Shown piece after piece: positions 1 through 13,903 of a stretch of 64,000 nt of DNA; positions within the stretch are counted from its first letter, which is position 1; every line of letters begins with the position of its first letter. The stretch lies in the NCBI GenBank assembly GCA_012026655.1, contig JAAILG010000135.1, positions 1 through 64,000 of the forward strand. Direction: 5' to 3'. The DNA is from Hydrolagus affinis (taxonomy: Eukaryota). The notes beneath the pieces are model-generated. The model had not been told where the DNA came from. It ran no database searches and worked only from the letters and a program-made list of their open reading frames with translations. A program made the translations under genes and the position numbers.

Positions 1-654
1 AAAAAAAAACTACCAGATAACTGGTTAGAAAACATAGAGAGGAGTCAGACAATTCTGTACCAAATAGAAAATGCCAGGGGAAAATTAAATTATTACAGGT
101 ATCAAACCATTGGAGTCAGACCCATAGCAAAACTGGATTATGAATAATATTTTTTAGGTGGGGGAAGGAAATAGACTTTTTTATCAAAAATAAATTGTGG
201 AATTCAGTCTATATCTGTTATTCTCCTTTTTTTGAAATTGTAGAGTCAAATCTGCCTCCCTTTTCCAAAATACTTGGCATCATTCACAAAGGTCTTTACT
301 CATCGTTGTTAGTTTAGACGTCAATGAGAAACCCCCCCAAAAAAATTGAACCATTGGCCACAAAAACACTTAAACCATTGTCTTCTTTTTAATGATAATT
401 TATTATAGACATTACTCATGAGTTGTAATACTATTTCCAAAGAGACATTTCATTATCATTTAAATCGATTCGAACTATAATTTGCTTTAATTGCTACATC
501 AAGACATCTTTCAGATATTGACTCTGATTGTGTGCACTTTTTGTGGTCAGTATGTTTGCGCACCAATAATTAACATGAGTACTATCCACTCTCAATCTGC
601 TCAATAAAAAGGTGATACAGCTGGAAGTTTCTGCCTTATAGAAGGTAAAACATT

Positions 655-795
655 GGGCGCAATTGCCTGCCGCATTTCGCCACCAAATTATACAGTCACT
701 ACACTTTACAGTGTATTTTGTGAAACGCTTTGAGATGTCTCAATAATGTGATAAGGTGATAATGTATATCAAATGCAAGGCTTATTATTGTTATT
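655..795 (+). mobile_element. 5'-truncated copy of the local tRNA-SINE family
   Basis: gcaattgcctgccgcatttcgc...gtgaaacgctttgagatgtc...tatatcaaatgcaagg(c)ttattatt matches the 3' half of the copies at 9624, 21944 and 37306. Confidence 0.8.
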
Positions 796-3534
796 GCATA
801 CAAGAAATATTAAATAATTTGCATGTCCTACTCAGGAGTGATCTATATGCCAGGGAGGTTTTCCCTCTGGGTTTTGAACACATCCCTAAATTCTATGTCG
901 ATAGTATTTATTTTTAATGTGATTTTTTTCCCTTTCCCTTCAAACTTGACTGTAGAATGATTGTGATTTCCTGACCTATTGTGGGATTCCCAGCATGTGG
1001 CTATGGTATTATGTTAATGATCTCCCATACAGAAACATTCCCTAACAAAGTACACAACCATTACACTTTACAGTATATCCCGTGAAGTGCTTTGAGACGT
1101 GCTCCCAACATGAAAGGCGCTACATCAAATGTAGGGATTATTATTAGATCAGTAAAGTATATGCTTGATTTAACTAATCCTATTGAGCATAACCAAGGAG
1201 TAACAAGGATGGATGATCCTATGTTAACCTGAGAATAACAAGGTTTATTCTCTTCAGTGGAAGGCAGCTATTGTTCGGGAGTTTGCTTATTCTAGGATTG
1301 AGTTTGCAGTTGTTGTCCATTATTGCGTTTGAGCAGACAGGGCGCCCAAAGATGAAAGAGGTAGAATAGGTTTTAGTTACTGCAGGGATTGTCAGACAGT
1401 AGAGAGGAAGTTTTTAGATTGTCCACCAGAGTGCGCTGATCCTGAGATTACATCAATACTAGAGTTTAACTCAAGTTTCATTTTTACATCAACCTCTTGA
1501 AGCAAGTTTGCCACTTAGTGTTTCAACTGTGAACTTTTTTTTTAACTGTGATCAAATGGAGCTCCTTTCATGTAAGACTCTTACAACTGCTAGAGAAGAA
1601 ATATTCATCAATATAGGATTTCATTAAAAATGAAAGTCTTTGAGATGGAAAAGAATAATACATAATACAGTACTACACAATGATACCATTCAATCATTCA
1701 GTGACGATCCAGCCTGCCTTCTATGTTTTTTATTGCCTTAGAATTAAGAAGTGAAGGTACAAAAATTTAGTTGAATTTTTTTTTAAATCAATAGGCAATT
1801 TATTTGAATGGAATATTTCATATGTGCTTTGCAGCAATAAAACATTTGCTTGTTAGATATTATGGATAAGAGCCGCACAGCAGGGAAGTAGAAATAAATA
1901 CCATTCATCCCCTGGAATAATGCAATTACTGTAGAAAGAATTTTAACTTAAGCATTTCAATTTGTTTTGGTTTAAACCTTGTTTAGCTTTTTGACTTTGA
2001 TCTTAATTGTTTGCAGGTTTGAGTTATTTCAAACTTTTTTATGTTCTGCATTCTACCTGGCATTCACACAAAAGCTGCTGAGTAAGGTGTGTCCACACAT
2101 TGCTCTCATTTCACCTCTTGAACATGGAGAGAGTAGAAAAATAGGTGATTTTCACTCATTGGGAGAAGGAGTGCATATTATAACACACCCAAATCACTGC
2201 TGATTTTAAATTATGTTTATTTAAAATGTCCCACAATCTATTTTCCACACTTTTGGGGGGCAAAAATAATTATGATACCTTTCTCGTTGAGAGGCATTTC
2301 AAAGCACATCACAGGATTTACTATAAAGCACAGTGACTGTGGCCAAAGGATCTTTAGAAACCACCTGAAGTTCATAGGTATTAGCGCTGAAAGTAATAAT
2401 ACTTTACACATTGGAAGCAATGCTACGGATGGAGTCTAAGTCCGCTTTTGCTGGCTTTGTGTATATTATCTCGGACATGTAGTGTGACATTTATTGCCGT
2501 ATGGCTGAATATATGAACTGCATTCCATGTGTCCTATTGGCATGTACAGACTGTTACTGATATTTTGGCACCGGAGTGCAGGGCAGGAGGGAATGGATAG
2601 CCACACAAGCTGCAGATAGTTAAATGGAATTATTCACCTCTTTAATAATGAACCGTTTAAGAAATCAGTCAAAAACAGCTTCCAGTTTCTTTGCACTCCA
2701 TGCCATATGGCCTACAGGCTGTGTTTTTATTTTGCTGGCTGCAAATGGAAATGGCACAATAGCTCCATAGCTGCGCCTCTCTCAAGGTGGTCTTGTACAT
2801 ACCAACATACCAACAGGCTGGTGCCCACGTATCATCAAAAAATAATACAATCTTATTGCAGTGCTGGAGACAAATAATTCAATTCATGTTTTTAGACTCT
2901 TTGTCTACCAGTGGCACAGTAGTATCCTGTACATGACTTTGAGTGTTGCTAAAACATCTAACTTTATTGTAATATTTACAGAAACCTGCTTAAAACTTGC
3001 ATTTCTAGTGGGATTGTGATACCAAAGTAATCACACCATCGAATTCCAGTTCACTCTTCCCATTGTACCCGTTTGAAGCATGTAATCAGAAACTGAAAAC
3101 TGATCCATTTAGTGTAAACATATAGTGCTGTAACATGCATGCTATTATAGTTATGTTCAGAATATATTTCTAAGATAATAATAGCGGTAAAAATAGCAGT
3201 CACTTGAAGGCATCCTATAACCAGACTTTCTGTTATTTCTGATATTTGATGGTTATCAAAATAGAAGTAATCTAGTTCAAATACACACATTTAAAATAAC
3301 ATTGGACATATTTTAGATGTCATTTATGCTGTGAAAAGCTTGCACAGTATTATAGCCTGAATGCTCACACAGATAGAGATATCAATCATTTTAAAGTTAG
3401 CAGGAAGTATACTGTCCTTCATCAAACTATGAAATGTTGTTCAGGAAAACTTTCTGATTTCCAAGTGAGTGCCAATAAACCACAGGCATAAAGCTTCCTT
3501 TGCAGCTTTAATGATACTAATAAACTTGCTTCAA

Positions 3535-3770
3535 GTCCTACGCTCCTCCATCGGCGGGGGTCATTCAGTCATTCTGTTCCTGCTCTCTTGAACTTCATTC
3601 CTCCAACTCGCTCCCTCTCCACCTTTGTTCAACCTCCATCTCAAAATCTACCTCTTTGACCATGCTTTCAGTCATTTTTCCTCTTCCTACCCTTAGATCA
3701 GGTGTCCAGCCAGCAGTGTCAAGAGCTTTCCAAGGAAAGATGCTATGCTATACAATTATAAATTGTGTAC
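3535..3770 (+). mobile_element. Degraded L2-clade LINE 3' end
   Basis: C-rich body, aatctacctctttgaccatgctttcagtc and a tail similar to the L2 copies at 48862 and 29856 (reverse complement). Confidence 0.55.
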
Positions 3771-4091
3771 CAAAATCATCTTCGAGTTTCACTTGTTCAT
3801 TTGAGCGGATGATGAAAAATGCACATCAAGATCAATATTCCTTCAATATTGTCTGTCTGACTTATCTTCTCAAGGTTAACAGAAAAGAACTGAATGATGA
3901 GGCAAGGAAACTGTATCGGCTCCCTCATTCAAGAATTCTTGGAAAATAATAATGCTGAACTAATAATGGTGTCTTAGCGGTTGATAGATAATCTCTTAAC
4001 AAATGAATTTAAATGTATAAAAAGTGAAATGTTACTCTTGGATTTCATTAACCGATCCTATTATTTTACAAAATTCCAATGTTCTTTTCAG

Positions 4092-4258
4092 AGAAGACAT
4101 CCTTGATGCGAATGTGCACTGACCAGTCAGAAAGTGAATCTTCTCCTGAAAAGTTCTCGGCAAAATCTAGGCCAGAATCCTTGGATCTTGTGCAGTTTAC
4201 TGTGAACAGAGAAGCAATTGACAGAGAAGATCAGCTAACATGTTGGCTGGATGGTAAT
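4092..4258 (+). CDS. FMN1: Formin-1 internal exon of the long isoform(s), spliced past the isoform-IV-type exon
   Basis: Acceptor ttcttttcag|, donor aat|gtaagt, open frame (x)KTSLMRMC...EDQLTCWLDGN. It ends in phase 0 and joins the 15045 exon in frame. WLDGN|SEQLSP parallels recalled mammalian YLDLN|PDQSP. Confidence 0.7.
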
Positions 4259-6804
4259 GTAAGTCATGGCTTATAATTATTTTGATTTTGAAAAATGTTA
4301 TATTATAGTTATAGATGTATATATATAATATATATTATATATTTGAGTTATATAATGTTATATGTGATTACAATGAGAACTTCATGTTAGTATATTTTAC
4401 TGAGCATTCAATTTTCTTATATTAATCAGCAGACCTGTGGCTTAGCATTTCAAAATAAGTGAAAACACAATGGCTAAATCTTGCTCACATTTTACATAGA
4501 ATCTGATTAACAAAGTTGAAACCAAATGATCAATATTAATAGTAAAAAATAATTCTTAGATTTGACATAGCACCTATCACAGCCTTCTCAAATCACCTCA
4601 CACGGTTTACTGTAAAGAGTAGCAGCTGTGTACTTTGTACGCGAACTAATATTTTTTGCAAAAACATTACCACATTTGTGCGGTTTGCTACATAGTTTTA
4701 GTGCAACAAGGTTCAGCGGGATTGTTATTCAACACTGAGTAAGCAAAAAAGATGTTTTCTTTCTTCCTCTTAGTATTGTGAGGAAGTTTGTGTTCCATAT
4801 ACAACTACGGGGCAAAGGAGAACTTGATCAAATCAAAACTTAACACATTATTGCTCAGTGATCCCAATAACATGGTATAGCAGAGGAACCATTTTGCTTT
4901 TTTTTTTTGCTTTTTGAGGAAAGAAGATCTTTCCATTTACATCCTGGGTATTACATTTTTCTTCCGATTATGTCTGAAATGGAATAAGGTTGCATTGTTT
5001 CCTTTGTGCTAGACTTCACTTGCCACAATGAAAAATCTAAATCTGTGGCAGTACTGCTCCCAATTGCCATTTGCATTAATAATAATGCTGACATTAAAAG
5101 GACCAAAAATACTTGTTCCTTTACCAATTACTGTACAGTATATACCCATTTCTAGGCTCAATAGTTCAGCAATGTTCTAAAGTACTGTACATTTTTAAAA
5201 TGACCTCTCTTGCTAAATAGATTTGTTTATTGTTGTCTTTTGTGTATCAAGATCGATGCGCTTAAATGACAAGTTGCTGATACTGTGCCCTAACTTCATA
5301 AACTTTAAAAACACTAAGCTGTATGCATCTTATGATATCTTCTACAAAATGTAGTGAACGACAGGGGTATGGGAAAAGAGCAGGTAAATGGAATTGAAAA
5401 GAGCCAACACTGAACGATGGACTAAATGGTCTTCTCTGCTGTAAAATTCAATAGTCTCATGATCAATGCAACTGGGCTATTTCTATTGACATTGAGGGAA
5501 TCGCACATCATGCACATGTTTCTCCACAAGCAGATGTTATTCGTGTTGCTGAGGCCATGCTGCCAGAATCTCACTACAGGCTAACTTAATAATTAATTTG
5601 GGGAGGTGGGACTAGAGAACTGTGTGCTGGACTTCTGCATACTGGCCAGAACATCATCTCGTGTGGTCTGAATGTTGATTAGTGAACGTTGATTAGGCTT
5701 GTTGTGTTTGAACGGCTTCCTTTTCAAAGCAGACACATTGCTGACCTGCTCACTTGGGAATTTCTGCCTTCAGGGTACTTGGCCTGTGCCAGCTGGACCC
5801 ACTTCACCCTTTACCATTGTTTGTCTGGGAGTTAGAAACAAGTAGAATACAAAGAACACGATCTCAATTTATGTCATGCCTTTCGAGTCGGGACTATGAG
5901 TCAAATTATTTGACACTGGGGGTTGGGCACCAGAGCTTGGGGCAAGAGGCAAAGGAAGTGGGGTGGTGAAAATGACCAAAAATGTGGCCAAAGAGTAGAG
6001 ATAGAAGAAAGTACAGTTGGTAGAAATTAGAAATAAATAAGTAAAGGGAAAATATAGAAGAAAAACTGCATAGAAACACATGATAACAATATGAGTAAAG
6101 TTTTATTTCACTTAAAATTATGTTCTGTATTTATTTTGGAGGTTAGGTTTCATAGTAAATTATTAGTTATTCGGAAGTTTGAGTAACTTTATTACAACTG
6201 TATAATACAGTGTTATTATTTCTTCAGTATTTCCATAGGATTGTTGCACAGTCAATTTACTTTACAATATATTCTGTGAAGCACTTTGACACATCTGGAA
6301 GATGTGACATGTAATATATCAAATGCAAGGATTACTTTTATTATTATTTTGCCAGTCTAATGGTTAATTGCAAAAAGAGAGTCTATTTAGACAAATGATA
6401 AAAATTGTACCCTCTAAAGCTTATTTTATCTCAATCACTGTGAATGCCTCCCTGTATTTTAGCAGTTTCTTCAAGTCTTTCCTATTTGAATTCTAATTAT
6501 ACACAAGCTGACTATTCTGAGACACCCTGGCATTATGTAAATCTGATTGGCATTGCCCTTATGTCAAAGCATATAATAAACAGCGAATGATGCACCCCAC
6601 CCCAGAATGTTATGCAATGATGTAATCTGTATCACTGACATTGTGGTATACTGTGTACTTGTTATGGAAGGAATTGCAATGTCTGGCCAGGTGGTGAATA
6701 TCTGAATGTATTTATTTATAGGCATTTTCTTTTTTTAAAAAAACCTGAACATATTTGTCTGCAGCAGTGAATCATGTGAAATCGACAGTGAACACAATTA
6801 GTGA

Positions 6805-7045
6805 CTGGGCCTTCAGTCATTTTGCCTCTTTCCTGCAGAAGTACAACCTGAAGTCTCCCCACTTTGTCCCCTCCGTCTCCCCTTGCATAATTTTAAATCC
6901 ACCTTAAAAACTCTCTCATTGCTAGTGCTTTTAGCCATCTTTTCTATCCCCCTCCCAACCACTCCCCCTTCCCAAATAAGGCAGTTATGTGAAGTGCTTT
7001 TCCATTTTGATGTAAAAGGTGCCATATGAATGTAAATTCATGTTA
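6805..7045 (+). mobile_element. Degraded L2-clade LINE 3' end
   Basis: gggccttcagtcattttgcc...ccttaaaaactctctc...gtaaaaggtgccatatgaatgtaaatt. Confidence 0.55.
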
Positions 7046-7709
7046 CATTTATGAAGAATCTACTGCATTTATTTGTGCTGTTTAGGCAAAGATTTAAAAT
7101 GTTCTTTTAAAGGTGAAAATGGAAGCAATGACGTGCTGCTTTTCTGCCTGCTCATATTTTCTTCCACAAAGTTACCGTACAAAGGTTATGAATTGTGTCA
7201 TTTTCATTTGAATTAGGATGATGACTTATTTGCAATGGAATGCATATTCCCTTGGTAACACACCCACAACACCTACCCTCAGCAGGTTACCTAATTTAAC
7301 ACGATTGCCTTCAATTCCTGTAACTGAGCTGTAAAGTTATTAAATCCACAAAATGCGATGTAGATTCACTCAAAGCTTTCATGCAAACTTTACGATTCAA
7401 CTTATTGCAAATCAATCTCTTTCACACTCTCTTTCAAAATCTGCAAGTCATTCTTCCCAGAATCCTTTTATACTTGCACATCCAACTGCACTCATGTCAT
7501 TAAAGCAAATACAGAATGCAACATGAACTAACAATGAATATTGCTCCGTTAAAACAGATGTTGTCTTTTTAAAAAAAAAAGATGTGGCCTCATTCAATGT
7601 CACTGCTGGTAGGTTCTTTTGTGCTGTTACTGCAGGGTATTAACATAAAATCAGTAAAAAAAAAAAAAAAAATTATTTGGTCAATCAATCCACGACTTTG
7701 TTGAACACG

Positions 7710-7850
7710 GCCGCGCGCAATTGGCTGCTGCGTTTCGCCGACAAAATATACAGTCAATTTACTTTGCAGTATATTTTGAAGTGCTTTGAGACATCTCAAA
7801 GACATTATAAGTAACTATATCAAACACAAGGAATATTATAATTAGTATTT
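7710..7850 (+). mobile_element. 5'-truncated tRNA-SINE copy
   Basis: gcgcaattggctgctgcgtttcgcc...gtgctttgagacatc...aaggaatattat. Confidence 0.8.
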
Positions 7851-9294
7851 TCTATTCAATCACAGTAGGCATTCATATACAAACTGCAGCCATTACAATA
7901 TATGCTGTGACGCATTTAGAGAGTCTTCAAAGTCTACAAATCAGTCTACACATCATCTTAAAATGATAGGCTTTATATCAATGCAAGGATTATTATTTAT
8001 TCTAGTAAAGAACCAGTATTTTGTTGGTCTCATCAGTTGATGTGCTGAATACTATATTGTGGATTACAGAGTTTGCAGTTTTGTAATATCTGCAACACGC
8101 CTAGAATTGTGGGCTATAAATGCAATACAATACAAATCGTGCCCTTCATATTGAGAGAACTATAACCCAAGGGTCTAGTCTTGGTTCAGCACAGATTTTA
8201 AATCCAACTGATTTAAGAGTTGCAAGTTGTTGTTTTAGATCACAGTGTTTGGGAATGGAATGCATACTTTCAGTGAAAAGTAATAGCTAACAGAAGCATA
8301 TTTATGCTATTGCCCAACATAATGTCAGAAAAATGAAGGCAGTGTAACTGAAAGAGAAATGTCTTGTGTTTGAAGAGTTTAAGAGGATGTGAAACATATT
8401 ATCTCAAAAGATTTAAGAAATGTGGAAAATTTAGTCCAATCTTGGTCACTGGTTTTCCTTAATTCTTAAAAAGAAACTGACTTTCAAATTATGTTTCCAT
8501 TGTTCTTTGCATTTTGAATTTAAAGATTTACCTAAAGGTAGAATTTCTGGCATCAGATGTTGAGAAGATAAATAGCAGTAGTAACAATACTGCTCTTATT
8601 GGCCTTGTATAGTTCAATCCCTTGCTAGGTGGTAATAAAAGGATTAATCAAGTATCTGAGTTAAAATGGATCTTCTTCATCTGTGTATAGATTAGGAGAG
8701 TGGAATTTTTGTTCTGAGTCTCTGACTTCCTCACTATCCTAGTTCAGCAGAAAGTTAATATCAAATGTGTCTTAAAGCAACTATGTTTACAGTGAAATTA
8801 GGATTTGTATTTGGAACTATTTTTTAGGATTTCCTGGCTCTATATACATTCTGTTTTCTTTCCCTCCTCAATGGAAATATATAAAACCTCAGATTGCTCT
8901 TCATTTGTATTGCCTTAATTTCACTTGAATTTTATCTTCTGGGCCATATTGCTTGGTCATTTCTGAAGCTCTTAACTGATGAGTATATTATTCCATCAAT
9001 TAAACAGTCCTGTCATCTTAAATTACGTCATGATATTTGTATTGGCAGCAAATCTGTCTTCTGATTTTAAGCTTATATCTGTACTTGTTTTATGTTTTGA
9101 AGTCTGAGTACCAGCTTCTTGTTGTAAACTGGCTGTGCATTTTAGGGAGCATTTAAATAGAAAGTACATTATTGACGAAATTGGCTGTGCTCTTTTTTGG
9201 CCTGGTGCATGCCAATGCCACCCATCGCCATACTTTGGCGCCATCGCCAAACAAAATAAAGTTTCACATGCATTGAAAGTATGCATTCCATTCC

Positions 9295-9595
9295 CAAACC
9301 CAGTGAAAGTTCCCTGTTTGAAATGGATTACACACTCTCTCCCTGCGGGGGCACATACTGTTTACCTAATTCCAGAGAGTACTAGGCACAAGAGCCAAGA
9401 CTCGTGGACCCCATAGTGTGTGGTGGAGAACAGCTGGAATGTAATCAACTAAAGCCACATAGTGTGCCATTAAGAGCACTGTCTAACAATCTTTCTGCTA
9501 GTTGTCCAGCTAAGATCACCCTACCCAGCAAGGCTTTGGCTTGCAGCTTGAAAAGTAGCTGAGTGGGAAGAATTTTTGCTCCCAGTGACTCCTTG
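9295..9595 (+). repeat. Unclassified diverged interspersed repeat, copy 1 of 3
   Basis: Aligns by eye with 35215-35500 (+) and 16095-16315 (-). Shared blocks are cactctctccc, ggaccccatagtgt, ttgtccagctaaga and agctgagtggga. Confidence 0.7.
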
Positions 9596-9623
9596 TCTGC
9601 TCCTCCATGTCAATGATAAATGT

Positions 9624-9923
9624 GGAGTCCTGTAGCTCAGTGGTTAGAGCACGCACCTTGTAAGTGAGAGATCTGGGTTCAATTCTAGGCAGGACAAAAC
9701 CTTGGGCATGTTTTCTTACTCCACATACCTAATAACAATCTCTCAAAAAAAAAAAAAGATCATTTCAATCCACCACTGTTTGTGGGACTCTGCTCTACGC
9801 AATTGACTGCCGCGTTTCGCTCACAAATATACAGTCAATTCACTTTACAACATATTCTGTGAAGCACTTTGAGACATCCAAAAGATGTGAAAAGTGTTTT
9901 ATCAAATGCGAGGATTATTATTA
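9624..9923 (+). mobile_element. Full-length tRNA-derived SINE with LINE-type 3' tail
   Basis: A-box TAGCTCAGTGG, B-box GGTTCAATTCT and 3' tail atcaaatgcgaggattattatt. Near-identical layout at 21944 and 37306. Confidence 0.9.
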
Positions 9924-11054
9924 AACAATGTTAGCTGGTCTGTTATCAGCAGTGCGCTGGAGCATTATGGTCCCACGTTGCTCAAGAGCTGGCTATCAAG
10001 ATCCTCAAAGAGGATTGAGTCAATGCTAACATCTGTTGCGAAGTATGTCACGTTGGAGCTAGCTCATCTCCACCATGCAGCATTTGGAGCAGTAGCCTAG
10101 CCCTAGACAATATGAATTCAAATTCCTGACGTAGGTGGGGCGTGAACCTGCACCTGTTCAACCCGGAGGCTGATACCTAAACATCCCTTTTTAAAACAAA
10201 AATCTTGATCTTGCAGCAATAACTGCTTGAGTTTCTGTTTTATACTTATTGTAGTTATACCTTTATTCTAGATGAATATACAATATACAACATTAATAAC
10301 AAATTTGCAATCATGTAGCACCTTTCACACAGGAAAGTGTCTCAGAGCTGTATATGGTATATGAGTTTTGGAATCTGAAAATGCAGTAAGGAATTATCCA
10401 TTCCACTGGGCAAAACCAATCTTTCATGCACCATTATTAGCTGAGTGGGAACATTACCAATTTGTTCCAGTTGATAAAATCTGTTCTTTCGTGCCAAGAC
10501 AGAAATGCAGCTCGATATCTCGGTTCATTTAGGTTTCATCGCCTAATGTTATCGCATTAATTTTAGAATTTACTGCAATTCAAATAAATAGTTCTAATCT
10601 ATAGAATTATTTTAGATGAACCAAAGGAAATCAAAAGTAGTAACACATTTGTCAATTCTTCAGCTAAGCTGTTAAATTTATCTTTTTTTCAAAAGAAGAA
10701 ATACTGGTCCTATTCGTAATTTTCCGGAATTCCAGTGTCAAATGGTTAACCTTTTTGCATACATTGTCCATGATGCAATTTTCTCATGAAGTAGTCATAG
10801 TATGAACTTTAACATATCATATATCTTAGTTAAAGTTTACCTAAGGTGTACTACAAATCGAATAGCAAAACAAAATAGCTTAATTTAAAGTCGGAATAGT
10901 TGAAAAGGTGCACCTTGTATAAATAAATAATGCAATGAGGTTAAAGCGGAAGAAGGCTGAAACTCCTGTACTCTGTTTTAAATTACAGAGTGTAATCCAA
11001 AGATTGCAAGGCTGACACTTTAGCTGTTCAGTCACAGTGGCTTGTCTGTTTGCT

Positions 11055-11150
11055 CAGTTACCACACAGCTCACAACTGGGTGTGGTGAACGTCCTTTGAT
11101 AAGTACCTGCCTGGACTGCGGAAGTAGTTAGGGAAAGTTTATAAAAGAGA
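11055..11150 (+). promoter_or_regulatory. Candidate internal promoter for the isoform-IV-type transcript
   Basis: TATAAAAG at 11140-11147, preceded by ETS-like GCGGAAGT (11118-11125), GATAAG (11098) and RUNX-like ACCACA/TGTGGT (11060, 11081). It lies ~1 kb upstream of the 12099 ATG in repeat-poor DNA. Motif inference only. Confidence 0.35.
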
Positions 11151-12098
11151 AATATGAAACCAGTGCTGTGGATTTTCGTACATCAGACTAAAGCAGGAAA
11201 CCAGCCTTCCAACTGAAACCTGGGTTTGAATCGAGGAGCAAATGACTGACTAGCTGTACACTCAAAGATGCTGGATTTTCAACTGTGATTCACTGTCTGA
11301 GGAGTTTCCAGTCTTCAGGCCTGTGTTTGCCCAACCTGCAACTCCAGTTAGTATGTACTGTGACTGATTTTGAAATCCTGGGTGAGGAGCCGTTTGATCT
11401 TATTCCCAACTCTACTGAGATCTGACGTTTTCTTTGGTGGTTTTGGAAAGCCTGTGAAGCGAGTTCGATTTTTATAGCAAGTTTGTGAAGAATACCTTCG
11501 GTGGTTTATCCCATTTCCTTCTAACATGCCTGAACTCAGATTCAAAACAGTTCTCAGCTTCACATCGCAAATATTAGCTTTCAGTCAGTTAACAGCACAT
11601 TGAAAAGTTATTTTTGTTTTGTGTTAATTTGGAAAGGGGACGAGGAGTGGGTGTGGGGTGGGTGGGGTGGTCGGAGTTAGTTTAATTATAGCAAACTACT
11701 TTCAGTGTTCAGACATTTGAGGTGGAAATAGTGAGAACAAACAGATTTTAAACTTGCAAGAGACCTTTTGTTTAATGAAGCACATAACACAGCAGCCAGT
11801 GCAGGATTCAGTCTAGCAGGAGGCTCTGTGGGTTTGCTGAGAAATCATAGCTCACAAACGATTGAATGACCTGTTTGAAACAAATTATCAGAGATTTAAT
11901 CCTTTGCCTCTGAGTTTAACAAACTGGAAGTTGTGGGAATGGGGGATTAAAGTCCACGTTAGAAACAATCAGGTTAGCGCATGAATTGCAGATTATGAAA
12001 CCTAAAAGATTTATATGCAGCTTTTATTAAACTTCCCAAACTAAACAGAAATGTGTTTTTTAGGGGGGAAATAAGTCTATATAAGTGCCAGCATTACA

Positions 12099-13559
12099 AT
12101 GGCAGATGTCAAAAATGACAGTGATGGTAATGGGGTTGATACTGAAGATGTAGAGAAATCAGCAGCAGCAAGCACAGAAAGTGTTGGATCACTGTTTACT
12201 TCACTGTCCATGAAGATGGGGTTCCTGGGTCGGCGGAGTATACCTATGCCCTCCACGGAAACAAAAAATCAAAAGAGTAAGCAAGAGAATACCGTGCTGA
12301 CATTTTTCCGTTCTTTGGATGCAAGTAATGGATCTCGCGGGAGTAAAAAGCAGGATGTAGAAGCTGTAGATTCTGACAGTGAACAGTTTGATGTCAATGC
12401 AGAGCATAAACTAGCAAACGCCGAGGAGAGAAGTGAGGGCACAGAAACAGAAATGGTGGAGGAACAACTGATCGCTAACGAAATCCAAGTTCAACAAACT
12501 GAAGAGGGAGATGAAGAAGCACATGCCCTTACTGAAGGTCCCTTCAAAACTTCTGCTCCTGTGGACCAGCTAGAGAAACACTTGGATGATGACAAGGTCC
12601 AAGTGATTCTTGTTCATACAACAAGCGACAATGAGTCAGATGATGGTGTGGGCCTGCAGGAGAGCCAAATGGATGAAACTAAAGAAGCACTTCCATTGCC
12701 TGGTGATGACCAAACTGCAGAACAAACAACAAACAATGATAATGAATCCAAGTTAAGTCCACACCAGGAAGATCCTATGATATCTGAAGCTGAAGAAACG
12801 AGAGCGGATTCCAAACTTGGATTGCTAAAATCAGCTTCAACTCTAAAGGTGAAAAGTATCAAAGATGAAACGATAGATGAGCCTCACAATGGCAGTAGTG
12901 AAAAAGAACAAAATACATCAGAGATTCTTGCTGAAGATGTAAAGGTATCCGTGTCTCCGAGAACTTCTCCCAGCACCTCTCCTATCCACGCTGGCCCTGC
13001 TCCACAGGAGAAAACTTTTCAACTGCCTGCTCTCTTCAGTGGGCTGCGTGTGGTAAAGAAAAGTCCTGCGGGTGAAGACAGGGAGACAGTTACGGAGATC
13101 AAACCGAAGGACACTGGCTTGGCTATGCTGAAACTGACTCAGCCAGGTCAGAAATCTGCCGCTAAGCTCCTGTTGGAATCGATACCACAGAAAAAAGAGG
13201 ATCGAAGAGTAGTTGAGCTGAAAAAAAATTCTGGATTCTTAGAACAGCTCAATCAGTTGATCTTTGACGTCCCGAAAAAGGAGGAGCAAGTTATTGTTCC
13301 TGATGGATCTGAGAAGCAAGGATCCCAAAGTGAGGATATCAAGGAAGACCCCTTGCCAACAGCAGAACCCGCAACTTCCCAGCCGGAGACGGCTTTGGAG
13401 AGTCTCAAATTGTTCTTCACTCAAAGAACTGTGAAAAAGGAACCGACTGATTTACCAGACATAGAATCCTTAAGAAAGAGCAAGAAGCAAGAAAAGGAGT
13501 CACTAAGAGCAATTTTCCTGAAGCATTTTGAAGAGAAAAACAACACAGGATCATGTGAA
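12099..13559 (+). CDS. FMN1: Formin-1 alternative first coding exon (acidic N-terminus, mouse isoform IV-like), 487 codons
   Basis: Strong Kozak acaATGg with an in-frame TAA at 12072 upstream, and donor gaa|gtaaga in phase 0. Motifs FQLPALFSGLRVVKK, PETALESLKLFF and EKESLRAIF match recalled FMN1 isoform IV motifs (FQLPAFFSGLRVLKK, PETALEAFKALF, EKESLRAVF). Confidence 0.9.
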
Positions 13560-13903
13560 GTAAGAGTACTGTGTTCAAAGGTTATCCTACTTTTTCAGAT
13601 CTTAAATCATATCAGCGCCTTTGGACGTACTCCCAGCATGAAATGCGCTATTCAAATGTAATTTTGTATTATATTATTTTTCGATAGTTCAAAACTACAT
13701 TCAACAACTTGAAATAATGGCTTTTAGTAAGCAAAGCAGTGAGATATAATTTCAGTGAAAAGAAAATTGTATTATTGTTGCTCACTTTTAACACTTATAT
13801 AGCATTTAATATGTTCTTTTAATAAACAACAGAAACTAGATATCAGTTTCAGTGGAAATACAATGCTGGATACTAACTACAGACAGTGCTTTCAATTATC
13901 TGA

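Noticed and set aside
9624-9695. tRNA gene (also at 21944 and 37306)
   Set aside because: The anticodon-position triplet differs among copies (TGT, TGC, TAC), the acceptor stem is poor, and each continues into a shared SINE body and tail.
13560-13661. C-terminal 33 aa of the 520-aa ORF treated as a single-exon gene
   Set aside because: This is read-through past the gaa|gtaaga donor into intron, and the last part is a LINE-type tail.
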